Origin: Christensenella sp. UBA4651
GTDB lineage: Bacteria; Bacillota; Clostridia; Christensenellales; UBA1242
Direction: 5' to 3'
Length of the DNA stretch: 32,000 bases
Assembly (NCBI GenBank): GCA_002405615.1
Contig: DHMD01000015.1
Coordinates: forward strand, 1-32,000
Part shown: one piece after another, positions 15,671 through 23,777 of the stretch
Position numbering within the stretch: the stretch's first letter is position 1
How the letters are laid out: every line of letters begins with the position of its first letter
The notes under the pieces: generated by a model
Database searches by the model: none
What the model saw: only the letters and a program-made list of their open reading frames with translations
Told to the model about the DNA's origin: nothing
Program-made: the position numbers and the translations under genes

Positions 15671-16585
15671 ATGCGTAGTAACACTAGGTCAAAAACTTGG
15701 GCATTGTTTGCGATTTTGTGCGCGGTGGCTTTGGCTGTTGTTTTTTTGTTCGCTGGGTGTGCTAATACCACGAGCAACATAACTACCGACAACACAGGGG
15801 ACACGGGGAATTCTACTACCATTATAGATAATAGGGTGGACGGTGGTTCAAAGTTGGCGGGCGGTTCTGCTACTACCTCGAATGGGGTGTCTACTGCTGT
15901 GCCTGATACTGGTTATGAATTGAGTTATTGGAATAGGACAAAAAACAGTGTAACAGCCAAGTTCGCTACCACACCTACGGTAACTGTTGGGAGTGGAGAG
16001 AGTTATACCCCTGTTTTTGTGCAGACATCTACGATTACACTTGTTAGTACTGCTGCTGAATTAAAAACTGCGATGTCTGGTAACAAGAATATCAAGTTGA
16101 CTGCGGATATTGTAACTACATCGTCTACCTTTACGCCTGTTAGTACATTTAGCGGAGTATTGGACGGTGCTGGACACAAGGTAACTATCAACTATACTTC
16201 GGCTGATACGAATATCGGTGGGTTGTGCTTGACCTTGACTGGCGTTATCAAAAATTTGGTTCTTGACGGCAAAGTCGAGGGTAGCGGTATTAGTGCTGAC
16301 CAATCGGTTGGTGGTTTCGCTAGCGCTATAAATGGTGGTTTGATTTCGCAATGTGCAAACTATGCAGCGGTTTCTACAAAGTCTGGTATTGCGGGTAGTT
16401 TTGTGGCAAAGGCTGCAAACACAACTGCTCGTGGTAGTACTATCAACTCTTGCCAAAACTTCGGCTCAGTTTTGGGTGCTAAGGTAGGTGCGATTATTTT
16501 CTCAAATGGTACTGCTGCTAGTCCGCTAGTTAATTTGGTAAAGAATAAAAATTCGGGCGCAATTCAGACTACAACTATTGCGTAA
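15671..16585 (+). CDS. Lipoprotein with a GLUG-motif / beta-helix-like repeat region
   Basis: AGGAGGGGG Shine-Dalgarno. The signal peptide has lipobox LFAGC, followed by a T/N/G-rich linker. FSGVLDGAGHKVTINY is followed by repeated GG(L/F)xxxxxGxIxNxxxxGxV units, which are typical of GLUG-motif surface proteins. Confidence 0.6.
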   Translation: MRSNTRSKTWALFAILCAVALAVVFLFAGCANTTSNITTDNTGDTGNSTTIIDNRVDGGSKLAGGSATTSNGVSTAVPDTGYELSYWNRTKNSVTAKFATTPTVTVGSGESYTPVFVQTSTITLVSTAAELKTAMSGNKNIKLTADIVTTSSTFTPVSTFSGVLDGAGHKVTINYTSADTNIGGLCLTLTGVIKNLVLDGKVEGSGISADQSVGGFASAINGGLISQCANYAAVSTKSGIAGSFVAKAANTTARGSTINSCQNFGSVLGAKVGAIIFSNGTAASPLVNLVKNKNSGAIQTTTIA

Positions 16586-16593
16586 GAAATAAA

Positions 16594-16629
16594 AAGTATG
16601 TGCTGAATATGGGTACATACTTTTATTTT
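16594..16629 (+). terminator. Intrinsic terminator
   Basis: AAGTATGT (16594-16601) pairs with ACATACTT (16615-16622), followed by TTTATTTT. Confidence 0.7.
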
Positions 16630-16673
16630 ACAAAATAGTGTGATTTTTCGGCAAAAGTTGTAGGGCGCAGTAC

Positions 16674-16702
16674 TTGATTTTTGGTGTTTTATATTATATA
16701 AT
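16674..16702 (+). promoter_or_regulatory. Sigma-A type promoter for sepF-lspA-rluD (TTGATT-N17-TATAAT)
   Basis: TTGATT at 16674-16679 and TATAAT at 16697-16702. The track's TTG start at 16674 is this -35 element. Confidence 0.55.
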
Positions 16703-16721
16703 ATCAAAAAACGGGGCGAAT

Positions 16722-17069
16722 ATGGGTTTTTGGGATATTATTACTGGCGGTTTTGCTAATAAAACACAACGGCTACAAATGGAAAAGAGTGGGCTAAATA
16801 TTGAGGGGCTTGATTCTAGTAAAATTGGTATTTTTCAGCCGATTACATTTTATGATATCACTCAATTTGTAAAGCGAATGAGCAAAAAAGTGCCGCTAAT
16901 TGTCAATTTTATGGGGTTGAAGCCCTCGGAAGCGGAGCGAAGCCTTGACTTTGTATGTGGGGCTGTGTGTGCTTTGAATGGAAAATTTGAGAAAATTGGG
17001 GAGGGAATTTACTTTTTTGCCCCTCCTAATATGACTTTGGATATGGATAAAAATTACAAAAGGACATAG
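16722..17069 (+). CDS. sepF: Cell division protein SepF
   Basis: Starting from ATG 16722 gives MGFWDIITGGF... The C-terminal SepF domain pattern is present: IFQPITFYDITQFVKRMSKKVPLIVNFMGLKPSEAERSLDFVCGAVCALNGKFEKIGEGIYFFAPPNMTL. Confidence 0.8.
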   Translation: MGFWDIITGGFANKTQRLQMEKSGLNIEGLDSSKIGIFQPITFYDITQFVKRMSKKVPLIVNFMGLKPSEAERSLDFVCGAVCALNGKFEKIGEGIYFFAPPNMTLDMDKNYKRT

Positions 17070-17070
17070 T

Positions 17071-17556
17071 ATGCAGATAAAATTTTTTTATATACTTTCT
17101 ATTTTGATTATTGCGGGCGACTTGATTACCAAGCATTTTTTGGAGGGCGTTGTCGCTCCGTTTATCCCTAATTTTGTTAGTATTTACAGCGTACACAACT
17201 ACGGGGCGAGTTGGAGCATGTTGAGTGGGGCAACTTGGGTATTCATCGTGATTGCTTGCGTTTTTGTTGTCGGAATGTTGGCGTTTGATATATTTTATAA
17301 GAAAAATTTTAGGGCAAACGGCTGGTACAAGGTGGGCTTTGCTTTATTACTCGGCGGGATATTTGGAAATTTGATTGATAGAATTGCCTTTGGTTATGTG
17401 CGTGATTTTATCAAGCTGGAGTTTATGAGTTTCCCTATATTTAATATTGCGGACATTGCGCTCACTGTCGGGTGTATTTGTTTGGTAATTTGGCTGCTAT
17501 TTTTCGGGATGCGTGGCGAGAAAGAAAAAGAGATGATTAAAGTACAGGAGAAATGA
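17071..17556 (+). CDS. lspA: Lipoprotein signal peptidase II
   Basis: Four TM segments carry the conserved NYGASWSM, FGNLIDR, GYVRDFI and FNIADIAL blocks (catalytic Asp residues). Confidence 0.92.
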   Translation: MQIKFFYILSILIIAGDLITKHFLEGVVAPFIPNFVSIYSVHNYGASWSMLSGATWVFIVIACVFVVGMLAFDIFYKKNFRANGWYKVGFALLLGGIFGNLIDRIAFGYVRDFIKLEFMSFPIFNIADIALTVGCICLVIWLLFFGMRGEKEKEMIKVQEK

Positions 17557-17562
17557 TTTTTT

Positions 17563-18486
17563 ATGGAAAAAATCGAAATTACAGAGAGTGAAAAGGGTGT
17601 GCGTCTGGATACTTTTTTGGTGGAGCGGTATGCGGATTTTTCTAGAAGCGGACTACAACAACTCATCAAAAAAGGAAATATTTTGGTAAACGATGAAACC
17701 AAAAAGGCTGGTTATTCGCTGCATGTGGGTGATGTAATTTCGCTGGATTTTCCTGAACCTGTGGCGGTGAACTTGGTTGCGCAAGATATTCCGCTTGATA
17801 TCGTGTACCAAGATGAAGATTTGGCGGTTATCAACAAGCCGCAAGGGTTAACAGTTCATCCTAGTCCTGGGCATAGCGATGGTACTTTGGTTAATGCGTT
17901 GCTATTCCATATTCGAGATTTGTCGGGGATAAACGGCGAGTTGCGTCCTGGAATTGTGCATAGGTTGGACAAAGATACTAGCGGGCTAATGCTGGTGGCG
18001 AAGAACGATTTTGCGCATAGGAATTTGGCGAAACAAATTGCAGAAAAATCTTGTGTAAGGCGGTATGTTGCTCTATTGGAGGGGCATTTCACGCCCGAGG
18101 AGTACACGCTAGAAACGCATTTTGCTAGGTCGAGTACGGATAGAAAGAAGATGGCGGTTACGCAAAATCCAGAGGATAGGGTGGCGATTACTACCTTTTT
18201 GGTCAAGGAGTATTTTGACAACTATACTTTGTGTAATTGCGTTCTCAAAACTGGGCGGACGCACCAAATTCGTGTGCATTCGGCATACCTAGGACACCCG
18301 ATTGTGGGCGACCCTGTGTATGGGTACAAGAAGCAGAAATTTAATCTCGCTGGTCAGTTGTTGCATTCGGAGTATATTGAGTTTACGCACCCCAAAACGG
18401 GGGAAAGAATGTCATTTTACGCAGAGATGCCCGCTTATTTTAGCAAAATCGTAGACTTGTTGCGTAAAAAAACAAATAATTCTTGA
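17563..18486 (+). CDS. rluD: RluA/RluD-family 23S rRNA pseudouridine synthase
   Basis: An N-terminal S4-like domain (RLDTFLVERY...SRSGLQQLIKKGNILVN) is present, with the catalytic HRLDKDTSGLMLVAKN and GRTHQIRVH. The lspA-rluD linkage is typical. Confidence 0.9.
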   Translation: MEKIEITESEKGVRLDTFLVERYADFSRSGLQQLIKKGNILVNDETKKAGYSLHVGDVISLDFPEPVAVNLVAQDIPLDIVYQDEDLAVINKPQGLTVHPSPGHSDGTLVNALLFHIRDLSGINGELRPGIVHRLDKDTSGLMLVAKNDFAHRNLAKQIAEKSCVRRYVALLEGHFTPEEYTLETHFARSSTDRKKMAVTQNPEDRVAITTFLVKEYFDNYTLCNCVLKTGRTHQIRVHSAYLGHPIVGDPVYGYKKQKFNLAGQLLHSEYIEFTHPKTGERMSFYAEMPAYFSKIVDLLRKKTNNS

Positions 18487-18512
18487 CAATTTTTGTCATC
18501 GTAAAGTATAAT
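18483..18512 (+). promoter_or_regulatory. Sigma-A type promoter (TTGACA-N18-TATAAT) overlapping the rluD stop
   Basis: TTGACA at 18483-18488 and TATAAT at 18507-18512. Confidence 0.55.
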
Positions 18513-18540
18513 AGATTAAGTAATTTTTGTGGGAGGGTTT

Positions 18541-18846
18541 ATGGCAAATTTGGAGTTTAAGCGTGCCATTAACTTTATGGGGTTTTTGGCGACAATGCTG
18601 ATTGCTTTGGCTTTGGTGATTTCGCTAATTGTGTCGCTATTCCAGAATGGCAGCGGAATTTTGATTTTCAAAATCACTGATGTGGTGTCTGCTCTGGTGT
18701 TCTTTTCTAGTATTTTGGCGTATTTTATTACGATTGTTGCAGGCTTTTATTATGTCAAGACCAAGAGTAATAGGTGGTTTATGGCGCTACAAATCATCGG
18801 CACAATTTGTATTGTTGCTGCGGTGATTGTCGGTGCGTTTTGTTAG
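18541..18846 (+). CDS. Small integral membrane protein (3-4 TM), function unknown
   Basis: GGGAGGG Shine-Dalgarno at 18531-18537 followed by ATG 18541 (MANLEFKRAINFMGFLATML...). The sequence is strongly hydrophobic. Confidence 0.6.
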   Translation: MANLEFKRAINFMGFLATMLIALALVISLIVSLFQNGSGILIFKITDVVSALVFFSSILAYFITIVAGFYYVKTKSNRWFMALQIIGTICIVAAVIVGAFC

Positions 18847-18853
18847 GTAGTGT

Positions 18854-19237
18854 ATGAGAGTGAGAGTTGATTTTGTTTGCTTTTTGTGTGCACTGGGATT
18901 GGCAGTCGTGTGTGCGTGCTTGATTTCGGTGTGGCGTGGTTTCGCAATTTTTACGGGAATGTTTGCCTGTGTCGCAAGCGTGATTTATGTGTGGTGGCGA
19001 TATAAGAAGTATACTGCCTACAAGACAACGGTTGATGAGCAGAAATTTCAAGATGCGTATGTGTACGCTGACGAGAATAATACAAATTTTGACCCCAAGA
19101 GCTTTACATATTCTAGAAAAGATGAGAAAAAAATTGCAACAACAATGCGTGGGCTGAGGTCTATGATTTTGGCAGGCGTTGTGCTTTGTGTGGCTTCGGC
19201 GACCTTGGTGGTTTTTGGTTTTTTGATGGTTTTGTAA
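18854..19237 (+). CDS. Membrane protein (2 N-terminal TM, soluble loop, C-terminal TM), function unknown
   Basis: Hydrophobic segments FVCFLCALGLAVVCACLISV, FAIFTGMFACVASVIYVWW and MILAGVVLCVASATLVVFGFLMVL. It lies 7 nt after the previous gene. Confidence 0.55.
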   Translation: MRVRVDFVCFLCALGLAVVCACLISVWRGFAIFTGMFACVASVIYVWWRYKKYTAYKTTVDEQKFQDAYVYADENNTNFDPKSFTYSRKDEKKIATTMRGLRSMILAGVVLCVASATLVVFGFLMVL

Positions 19238-19250
19238 TAAAATATAGAGT

Positions 19251-19277
19251 AGGGCGGCTAATGTCGCTCTTTTTTTA
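19251..19277 (+). terminator. Intrinsic terminator
   Basis: AGGGCGGC (19251-19258) pairs with GTCGCTCT (19263-19270), including two G-U pairs, with loop TAAT, followed by TTTTTTT. Confidence 0.6.
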
Positions 19278-19306
19278 TTGACAAAATTGATTTGATTTGA
19301 TATACT
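19278..19306 (+). promoter_or_regulatory. Sigma-A type promoter for tRNA-Leu (TTGACA-N17-TATACT)
   Basis: TTGACA at 19278-19283 and TATACT at 19301-19306. The tRNA starts 11 nt downstream. Confidence 0.65.
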
Positions 19307-19316
19307 TACAGTATAA

Positions 19317-19403
19317 GCGGTTGTGGCGGAACGGCAGACGCGCTAGGTTCAGGTCCTAGTGGGTGCATAACCCGTGGAGGTTCAAATCCTCTCAACCGCA
19401 CCA
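19317..19403 (+). tRNA. tRNA-Leu (anticodon CAG), class II with a long variable arm, CCA encoded
   Basis: Acceptor GCGGTTG pairs with CAACCGC. The anticodon stem CTAGG/CCTAG has loop TTCAGGT. The variable arm is TGGGTGCATAACCCGT and the T-arm is GGAGG-TTCAAAT-CCTCT. It ends in ACCA. Confidence 0.92.
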
Positions 19404-19407
19404 TAAT

Positions 19408-19436
19408 AGGAGAACAATTTGTTCTTCTTTTTTTAT
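19408..19436 (+). terminator. Intrinsic terminator after tRNA-Leu
   Basis: AGGAGAACA (19408-19416) pairs with TGTTCTTCT (19420-19428), followed by a T-run. Confidence 0.65.
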
Positions 19437-19610
19437 TTGTAATTACGTTGTATTATTAGGTTGTGTGTTTGAGGTTAAAACATATTTTTATATGTTTGTT
19501 GGAAATTAAGAATATTGGACTTGTTTTGTCGAAAGTGGAGTGTGTGGTATTGGGCTTTTGGAATAGTGTTATGCAGTGTGGTATATTTAGAGTGTGTATG
19601 GGAGGGAAAT

Positions 19611-19745
19611 ATGGCTGTGGCGGTGATAGATGGTTGCGAAAAGTTGAATTTGTGTGGTGAAAACTACAAATTGTTGTTGCTATGCATTTGTGAAGATGAG
19701 TTGGATAGCAATGTGGTGGCGGAATCGCTAAGTATTGAATTGTGA
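19611..19745 (+). CDS. Candidate small Cys-rich protein (44 aa), hypothetical
   Basis: A strong Shine-Dalgarno GGAGGG (19601-19606) lies 4 nt before ATG 19611. Translation: MAVAVIDGCEKLNLCGENYKLLLLCICEDELDSNVVAESLSIEL. Its stop TGA overlaps the GAGGAG Shine-Dalgarno of the downstream lipoprotein gene. No family was recognised, and coding status is unproven. Confidence 0.3.
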   Translation: MAVAVIDGCEKLNLCGENYKLLLLCICEDELDSNVVAESLSIEL

Positions 19746-19757
19746 GGAGAATAAAAA

Positions 19758-20156
19758 ATGCAGAAAAAATTGAGCAAAAGTGGAATTATTACCAGCCTAA
19801 TTATAATGATGTTGCTGGTTGCGTGTAGTGTTGTGCTGTTCGCTGGTTGTGGTGGGACAAACCCAGTTGGTACATGGAAAGTAGATAGAATTGTCGTTGA
19901 TAATGTTACAATCAAGGCTTCCGATACGGATAAAAAGGGGCAGGAAAGTGTATTTAATAATGTAATTATTCTCAATAATGATAAAACAGGCAAGGTAACG
20001 ATGGGAGAAAATGCGGAGGTTGCGGCTACGTGGAAACAGGAGAATACTGCAATTACAATTAATTATGGAAACAATGACTACAATTACATATTGAGTGGTA
20101 CTGAATTAACAAAAACAGACGGTACTACCAAGATTTTCTACAAAAAGTCGGCATAA
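19758..20156 (+). CDS. Small lipoprotein (lipocalin-like GTWKV motif), function unknown
   Basis: The signal peptide has lipobox LFAGC, and the mature part starts GGTNPVGTWKVDRIVVDN. GAGGAG Shine-Dalgarno is present. Confidence 0.7.
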   Translation: MQKKLSKSGIITSLIIMMLLVACSVVLFAGCGGTNPVGTWKVDRIVVDNVTIKASDTDKKGQESVFNNVIILNNDKTGKVTMGENAEVAATWKQENTAITINYGNNDYNYILSGTELTKTDGTTKIFYKKSA

Positions 20157-20273
20157 ATTATTGAATTTTTTGGATAATAGGCAGATTTGTTTCGTACTAT
20201 TCTAATAATTGGTCGGACGGAACGAGGCTTGTAGAACTTGTAGAATATACAAAACTTGGGGAGAAATATTAAT

Positions 20274-20313
20274 AAAAACACGGTATTATGCGTTGCATAG
20301 TACTGTGTTTTTG
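20274..20313. terminator. Long hairpin flanked by an A-run and a T-run (bidirectional terminator)
   Basis: ACACGGTA (20278-20285) pairs with TACTGTGT (20301-20308). An inner helix TATGC/GCATA is present. Flanks are AAAAA on the 5' side and TTTTT on the 3' side. Confidence 0.65.
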
Positions 20314-20328
20314 CATAAAACAATAAGA

Positions 20329-20356
20329 AAAAGAGCGATATTTCGCTCTTTTATAT
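20329..20356. terminator. Second bidirectional terminator hairpin, adjacent to the DEAD-box gene stop
   Basis: AGAGCGA (20332-20338) pairs with TCGCTCT (20343-20349), with loop TATT. Flanks are GAAAAA and TTTTATATTTTT. Confidence 0.7.
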
Positions 20357-20358
20357 TT

Positions 20359-21690
20359 TTATTTGCTATTACGGTTTTGTTTCTTTGCGTGATGAGTGTT
20401 ACGCAATGTGCGGCGTTTTTTGCCCATTTTGCTACTACCGTTTATACTAATGTGGTCATTGTAACGGCTGCCTGTTGTTTTCCCTGCAATGATAGCACGC
20501 TTCTCTCTTGGTTTGATATTTAGTTTCTTGCCACGAGGTTTGTTTTGTACAGGTTTTGCCTCACTTACATTACCATTTAGGGTTAAAGTAGAGGCTGTGA
20601 TTTTTGACTTGGTTTTCTTCTCAATTTCTTGAATATCACGAATTTGTTCTGGTGTATTGAGTAGGGTGTAGGCGTTACCTGTTTTGCCAGCACGCCCTGT
20701 ACGACCCACGCGGTGAATATAATATTCGTTGTTTTGTGGTAGGTCAAAGTTGATTACATGCATAATGTCTTTTACATCAATACCACGAGCCGCAATATCT
20801 GTCGTAACTAGCAAGTTATTGAGTTCTGCTTTGTATTCGTTCATTACACGCTTGCGCACGCCTTGTGGCATATCACCATGTAGTGCGAGTGCCATAAAGC
20901 CCATCTTTTTGAGGTATACTTGGACACTATCTACCATTTTCTTTGTATTACAGAAAATTATTGTTCTGCCTCTTGGGAGTTCGCTGAGTAGGGCGTGTAA
21001 AGCACGCTTTTTCTTGTCTTTTGGGCATACAAAATAACTTTGCTTGATACTAGCGATAGTTGTGTTTGGCGAGCCAACTTGGATAGTTGTTGGCTTTTTC
21101 ATAAAGTTTCTAGTAATTGCCATAATGTCTTTTGACATGGTTGCGCTAAACATAATTGTTTGTCTAGTAGGTGGGGTGTTGCGTAAAATCTCCTCGATAT
21201 CTGCTCTAAATCCCATATTTAGCATTTCGTCCGCCTCGTCTAATACAACGTGTTCTACAAGTCCTAGTTTCAAGGTTTTTCTCTTGATGTGGTCGAGAAC
21301 TCGTCCTGGTGTGCCGATTACAATGTTTGCGCCTCTCTTGAGATTGTAAATCTGACGCTGCATATCAGCGCCACCATAAACTGCTACCGCACGGACGCCA
21401 TCTAAGTGGCTAGTAATTTTCTTGACTTCTAGCAAAATCTGTTCTGCTAGTTCTCGAGTAGGGCATAGCACGAGAGATTGTACATACTTTTCTGGTATCG
21501 TATTCTGAATAATAGGTAACGCAAAAGCGTAAGTTTTGCCAGTACCAGTTTGGCTGAGTCCGACAATATCCTCTCCGCCTAAAACGATAGGTATTGCTCG
21601 GGCTTGAATTTCTGTTGGGGTGGTAATTTCTAAATCGTGCAAAATTGACACGATGTCGCCATTTAACCCCAAATCGTTAAATGATTTCAT
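20359..21690 (-). CDS. DEAD-box ATP-dependent RNA helicase (CshA/DeaD-like) with a basic C-terminal tail
   Basis: The Q motif (FNDLGL...PTEIQ), motif I SQTGTGKT, Ia PTRELA, II VLDEADEM, III SAT and VI HRVGRTGRAG are all present. The likely start is ATG 21690 (MKSFNDLGL), not the track start at 21750. The C-terminus is rich in K and R. Confidence 0.93.
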   Translation of the reverse strand: MKSFNDLGLNGDIVSILHDLEITTPTEIQARAIPIVLGGEDIVGLSQTGTGKTYAFALPIIQNTIPEKYVQSLVLCPTRELAEQILLEVKKITSHLDGVRAVAVYGGADMQRQIYNLKRGANIVIGTPGRVLDHIKRKTLKLGLVEHVVLDEADEMLNMGFRADIEEILRNTPPTRQTIMFSATMSKDIMAITRNFMKKPTTIQVGSPNTTIASIKQSYFVCPKDKKKRALHALLSELPRGRTIIFCNTKKMVDSVQVYLKKMGFMALALHGDMPQGVRKRVMNEYKAELNNLLVTTDIAARGIDVKDIMHVINFDLPQNNEYYIHRVGRTGRAGKTGNAYTLLNTPEQIRDIQEIEKKTKSKITASTLTLNGNVSEAKPVQNKPRGKKLNIKPREKRAIIAGKTTGSRYNDHISINGSSKMGKKRRTLRNTHHAKKQNRNSK

Positions 21691-21846
21691 ATTTTTACCT
21701 CTATAAATAATTTTTTGGTACAAAAATAAAATTGTTTTGATGATTTTCACAATTTTTGCGCTTTACTTTTGGAAAAATCAAAAAAACAAATATAGAGATA
21801 TTTGCCAAGCGCATTATAATATATAACCATTTTGTACTCTATGTAG

Positions 21847-21875
21847 AGTATATCATATTTGAGAGATTTTGTCAA
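21847..21875 (-). promoter_or_regulatory. Sigma-A type promoter for the helicase (TTGACA-N17-TATACT on the minus strand)
   Basis: Reverse-complement reading gives TTGACA (21875-21870), a 17-nt spacer and TATACT (21852-21847). This implies a 5' UTR of about 150 nt. The palindrome TACTCTA-TG-TAGAGTA (21835-21850) overlaps the -10/TSS. Confidence 0.55.
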
Positions 21876-21984
21876 TATGGATAAAAATAAAAAATTTTGC
21901 ATAAATTTGGAGTTAAAATTCGGTTCAAAAAACTTTTTATAAATTTTTGATGATTGTCAAATAATACAATTTTCTTGCATATGC

Positions 21985-22014
21985 TTGTAAAAAAATCGGA
22001 TTTGGTGGTATACT
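21985..22014 (+). promoter_or_regulatory. Possible promoter for the protease gene (TTGTAA-N18-TATACT)
   Basis: TTGTAA at 21985-21990 and TATACT at 22009-22014. Confidence 0.35.
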
Positions 22015-22045
22015 ATCTATTGTTGAAAGAAGAAAAGGAGAGAAA

Positions 22046-23521
22046 ATGAAAAATAAATTTGCAAAAATTATGTGTCTTGCACTGATTGCGATTGTTATGC
22101 CTTGTTGCATACTGTTCGCAGGTTGTTCAACGGGTACGGTTGCGGTCAAGGACATAACGTATACCAGAACAGAGGGCTTGTCAGACATATATACTATAAC
22201 GTATACGGACGGGAAGACATCTGAATTTAGGGTAAAAAACGGAGCGGATGGAGCGAAAGGTGAGGACGGAAAGGATGCTCAAAATGTATCAATTACCGAG
22301 ATTTTTGAAAAATACAAGGAAACTCACGCTGACGCCACTTACGAGGAATTTCTCAAAGAATATTTGAGTTTTGAGAATAACGAAAAAGCAAAGGCGATTA
22401 ACGAATGTTTACTGTCTAGTTTTATTCTTTACTCGGAGTTTAAGGTTAGCGAAGTAATGCAGACGGGATTTTATACCACCCAAACTGTAAGTAGTGTATC
22501 TAGGAGTGGTGGCTCGGGCGTTTTGTACAAAATTGATGATGATTACGCGTATATAATTACAAATTACCATGTGGTTTACAGTTCAAAAGCGAATGCTGAT
22601 AATAATGGTAATTTGGCGTATCGTGTAGTTGGTTATCTGTATGGCTCGGAGGGTGCTAACGATGTTATTACTGATGAGACTGGCAATAAAGTGCTAAAAG
22701 ATGGTTATCCGCAATACGATTACGGTAAGTATGGAATTGAGTTTGAGTATGTCGGCGGAAGTGTGGAAAAAGATTTGGCTGTTTTGAGAACGAGTGCTGC
22801 AAATCTAAAAGCAATTAATAGTCAAGTGAAGCCGATTGCTTTTGCTGACGAGTATACTGCGGGCGAAACCGCTATTGCGATAGGCAATATTGAGGGTATG
22901 GGAATTAGTATTACCGAGGGTGTGGTTAGTGTTGATAGCGAATACATTACTTTGAGCATTGACCAAGAAAGGCGTTACCGTTCGATGAGAATTGATACGG
23001 CGATTTATCACGGTAGCTCTGGTGGTGGCTTGTTTAATGAAAAGGGACAACTCATCGGAATTACAAATTCAGGTGATGAGGAAGATGAAAACATCAACTA
23101 TGCAATTCCATTGAGTATTGTAAAAAATACTGTTGAAAATATTATGTATTATTATTCTGATACAGATGAGGCGACTGTTGGAGCGTACAAAGTTCTGCTC
23201 GGTGTAACTGTTCAGTCCGATGAGTCAAAGTATGTATATGACAAATCGACTGGCAAGGGTAAGGTCGTAGAAAGTATTGGTGTAACTAAAATTAATGAGG
23301 ACTCAATTGCATCAAAAATGAGCTTGGCTGAGGGTGATATTTTGGTTGCGTTTTATATCAATGGAATAGAATATGCTTTGGATAGAAATTATGAGTTGGG
23401 TGATTTACTACTGGCTGTGCGTGAGGGAGATGAAATTTACTTTAAGGTAGGGCGTGGAACTAATGCAGTAAATTCTGCAACCTACACTGTTGCCAAAGCT
23501 GACCTTTTGGAATTGGAATAA
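22046..23521 (+). CDS. Trypsin-like serine protease (S1C/HtrA-like) lipoprotein with a C-terminal PDZ-like region
   Basis: Lipobox LFAGC is present. The catalytic His sits in ITNYHVVY, Asp in DLAVLR and Ser in GSSGGGLF. C-terminal GDILVAFYINGIEY is PDZ-like. Shine-Dalgarno is AAGGAGAG. Confidence 0.85.
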   Translation: MKNKFAKIMCLALIAIVMPCCILFAGCSTGTVAVKDITYTRTEGLSDIYTITYTDGKTSEFRVKNGADGAKGEDGKDAQNVSITEIFEKYKETHADATYEEFLKEYLSFENNEKAKAINECLLSSFILYSEFKVSEVMQTGFYTTQTVSSVSRSGGSGVLYKIDDDYAYIITNYHVVYSSKANADNNGNLAYRVVGYLYGSEGANDVITDETGNKVLKDGYPQYDYGKYGIEFEYVGGSVEKDLAVLRTSAANLKAINSQVKPIAFADEYTAGETAIAIGNIEGMGISITEGVVSVDSEYITLSIDQERRYRSMRIDTAIYHGSSGGGLFNEKGQLIGITNSGDEEDENINYAIPLSIVKNTVENIMYYYSDTDEATVGAYKVLLGVTVQSDESKYVYDKSTGKGKVVESIGVTKINEDSIASKMSLAEGDILVAFYINGIEYALDRNYELGDLLLAVREGDEIYFKVGRGTNAVNSATYTVAKADLLELE

Positions 23522-23719
23522 AAGAGATAAAATCGATAAATATTGAATTAAAGAGTTCTATGGCTTGATTAAGATTTGAATTTGAGTTATAGGACTTCTT
23601 TATTTTTTAATGCGGGAGTGAGAAATGTGAGGGAATTTACTTGACGGATTGTTTGGTGTTTTGATAAAATAAGGGCGGCTACAAAAAATGGAATATTTTT
23701 GAGCGGTATAAGTGCGATT

Positions 23720-23735
23720 TTGCATAATTATGCAA
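23720..23735. promoter_or_regulatory. Perfect 16-bp palindrome TTGCATAATTATGCAA (candidate operator) upstream of the 23778 gene
   Basis: Read directly from the sequence. It overlaps a -10-like TGCATAAT (23721-23728). It lies downstream of a TTGACG-N18-TAAAAT promoter (23641-23670). Confidence 0.5.
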
Positions 23736-23777
23736 GATACTCGATTCGCTTTTTTGACAGCAAGGGAGGTAACAATT

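Noticed and set aside
13344-19745. A glycocin-type RiPP cluster formed by the SunS-like GT2-TPR glycosyltransferase and the Cys-rich 44-aa ORF.
   Set aside because: The two are more than 5 kb apart, on opposite strands, and separated by housekeeping genes. No C39-peptidase ABC exporter, thiol-disulfide oxidoreductase or immunity gene is present.
19437-19757. A CsrA-sponge-like sRNA, because of about 8 GGA motifs in the G/T-rich spacer.
   Set aside because: Given about 30% G and 25% A in this stretch, about 7 GGA are expected by chance. The lack of C prevents the stem-loops that normally present GGA motifs.
20228-20245. A perfect tandem 9-bp repeat CTTGTAGAA x2 in the convergent spacer.
   Set aside because: It has only two copies and no associated promoter geometry or ORF. 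It may be slippage, and I could assign no function.
22240-22285. A collagen-like G-X-Y run (GADGAKGEDGKDA) in the protease lipoprotein.
   Set aside because: There are only about four triplets. That is too short to call a collagen-like domain and is probably a flexible linker.
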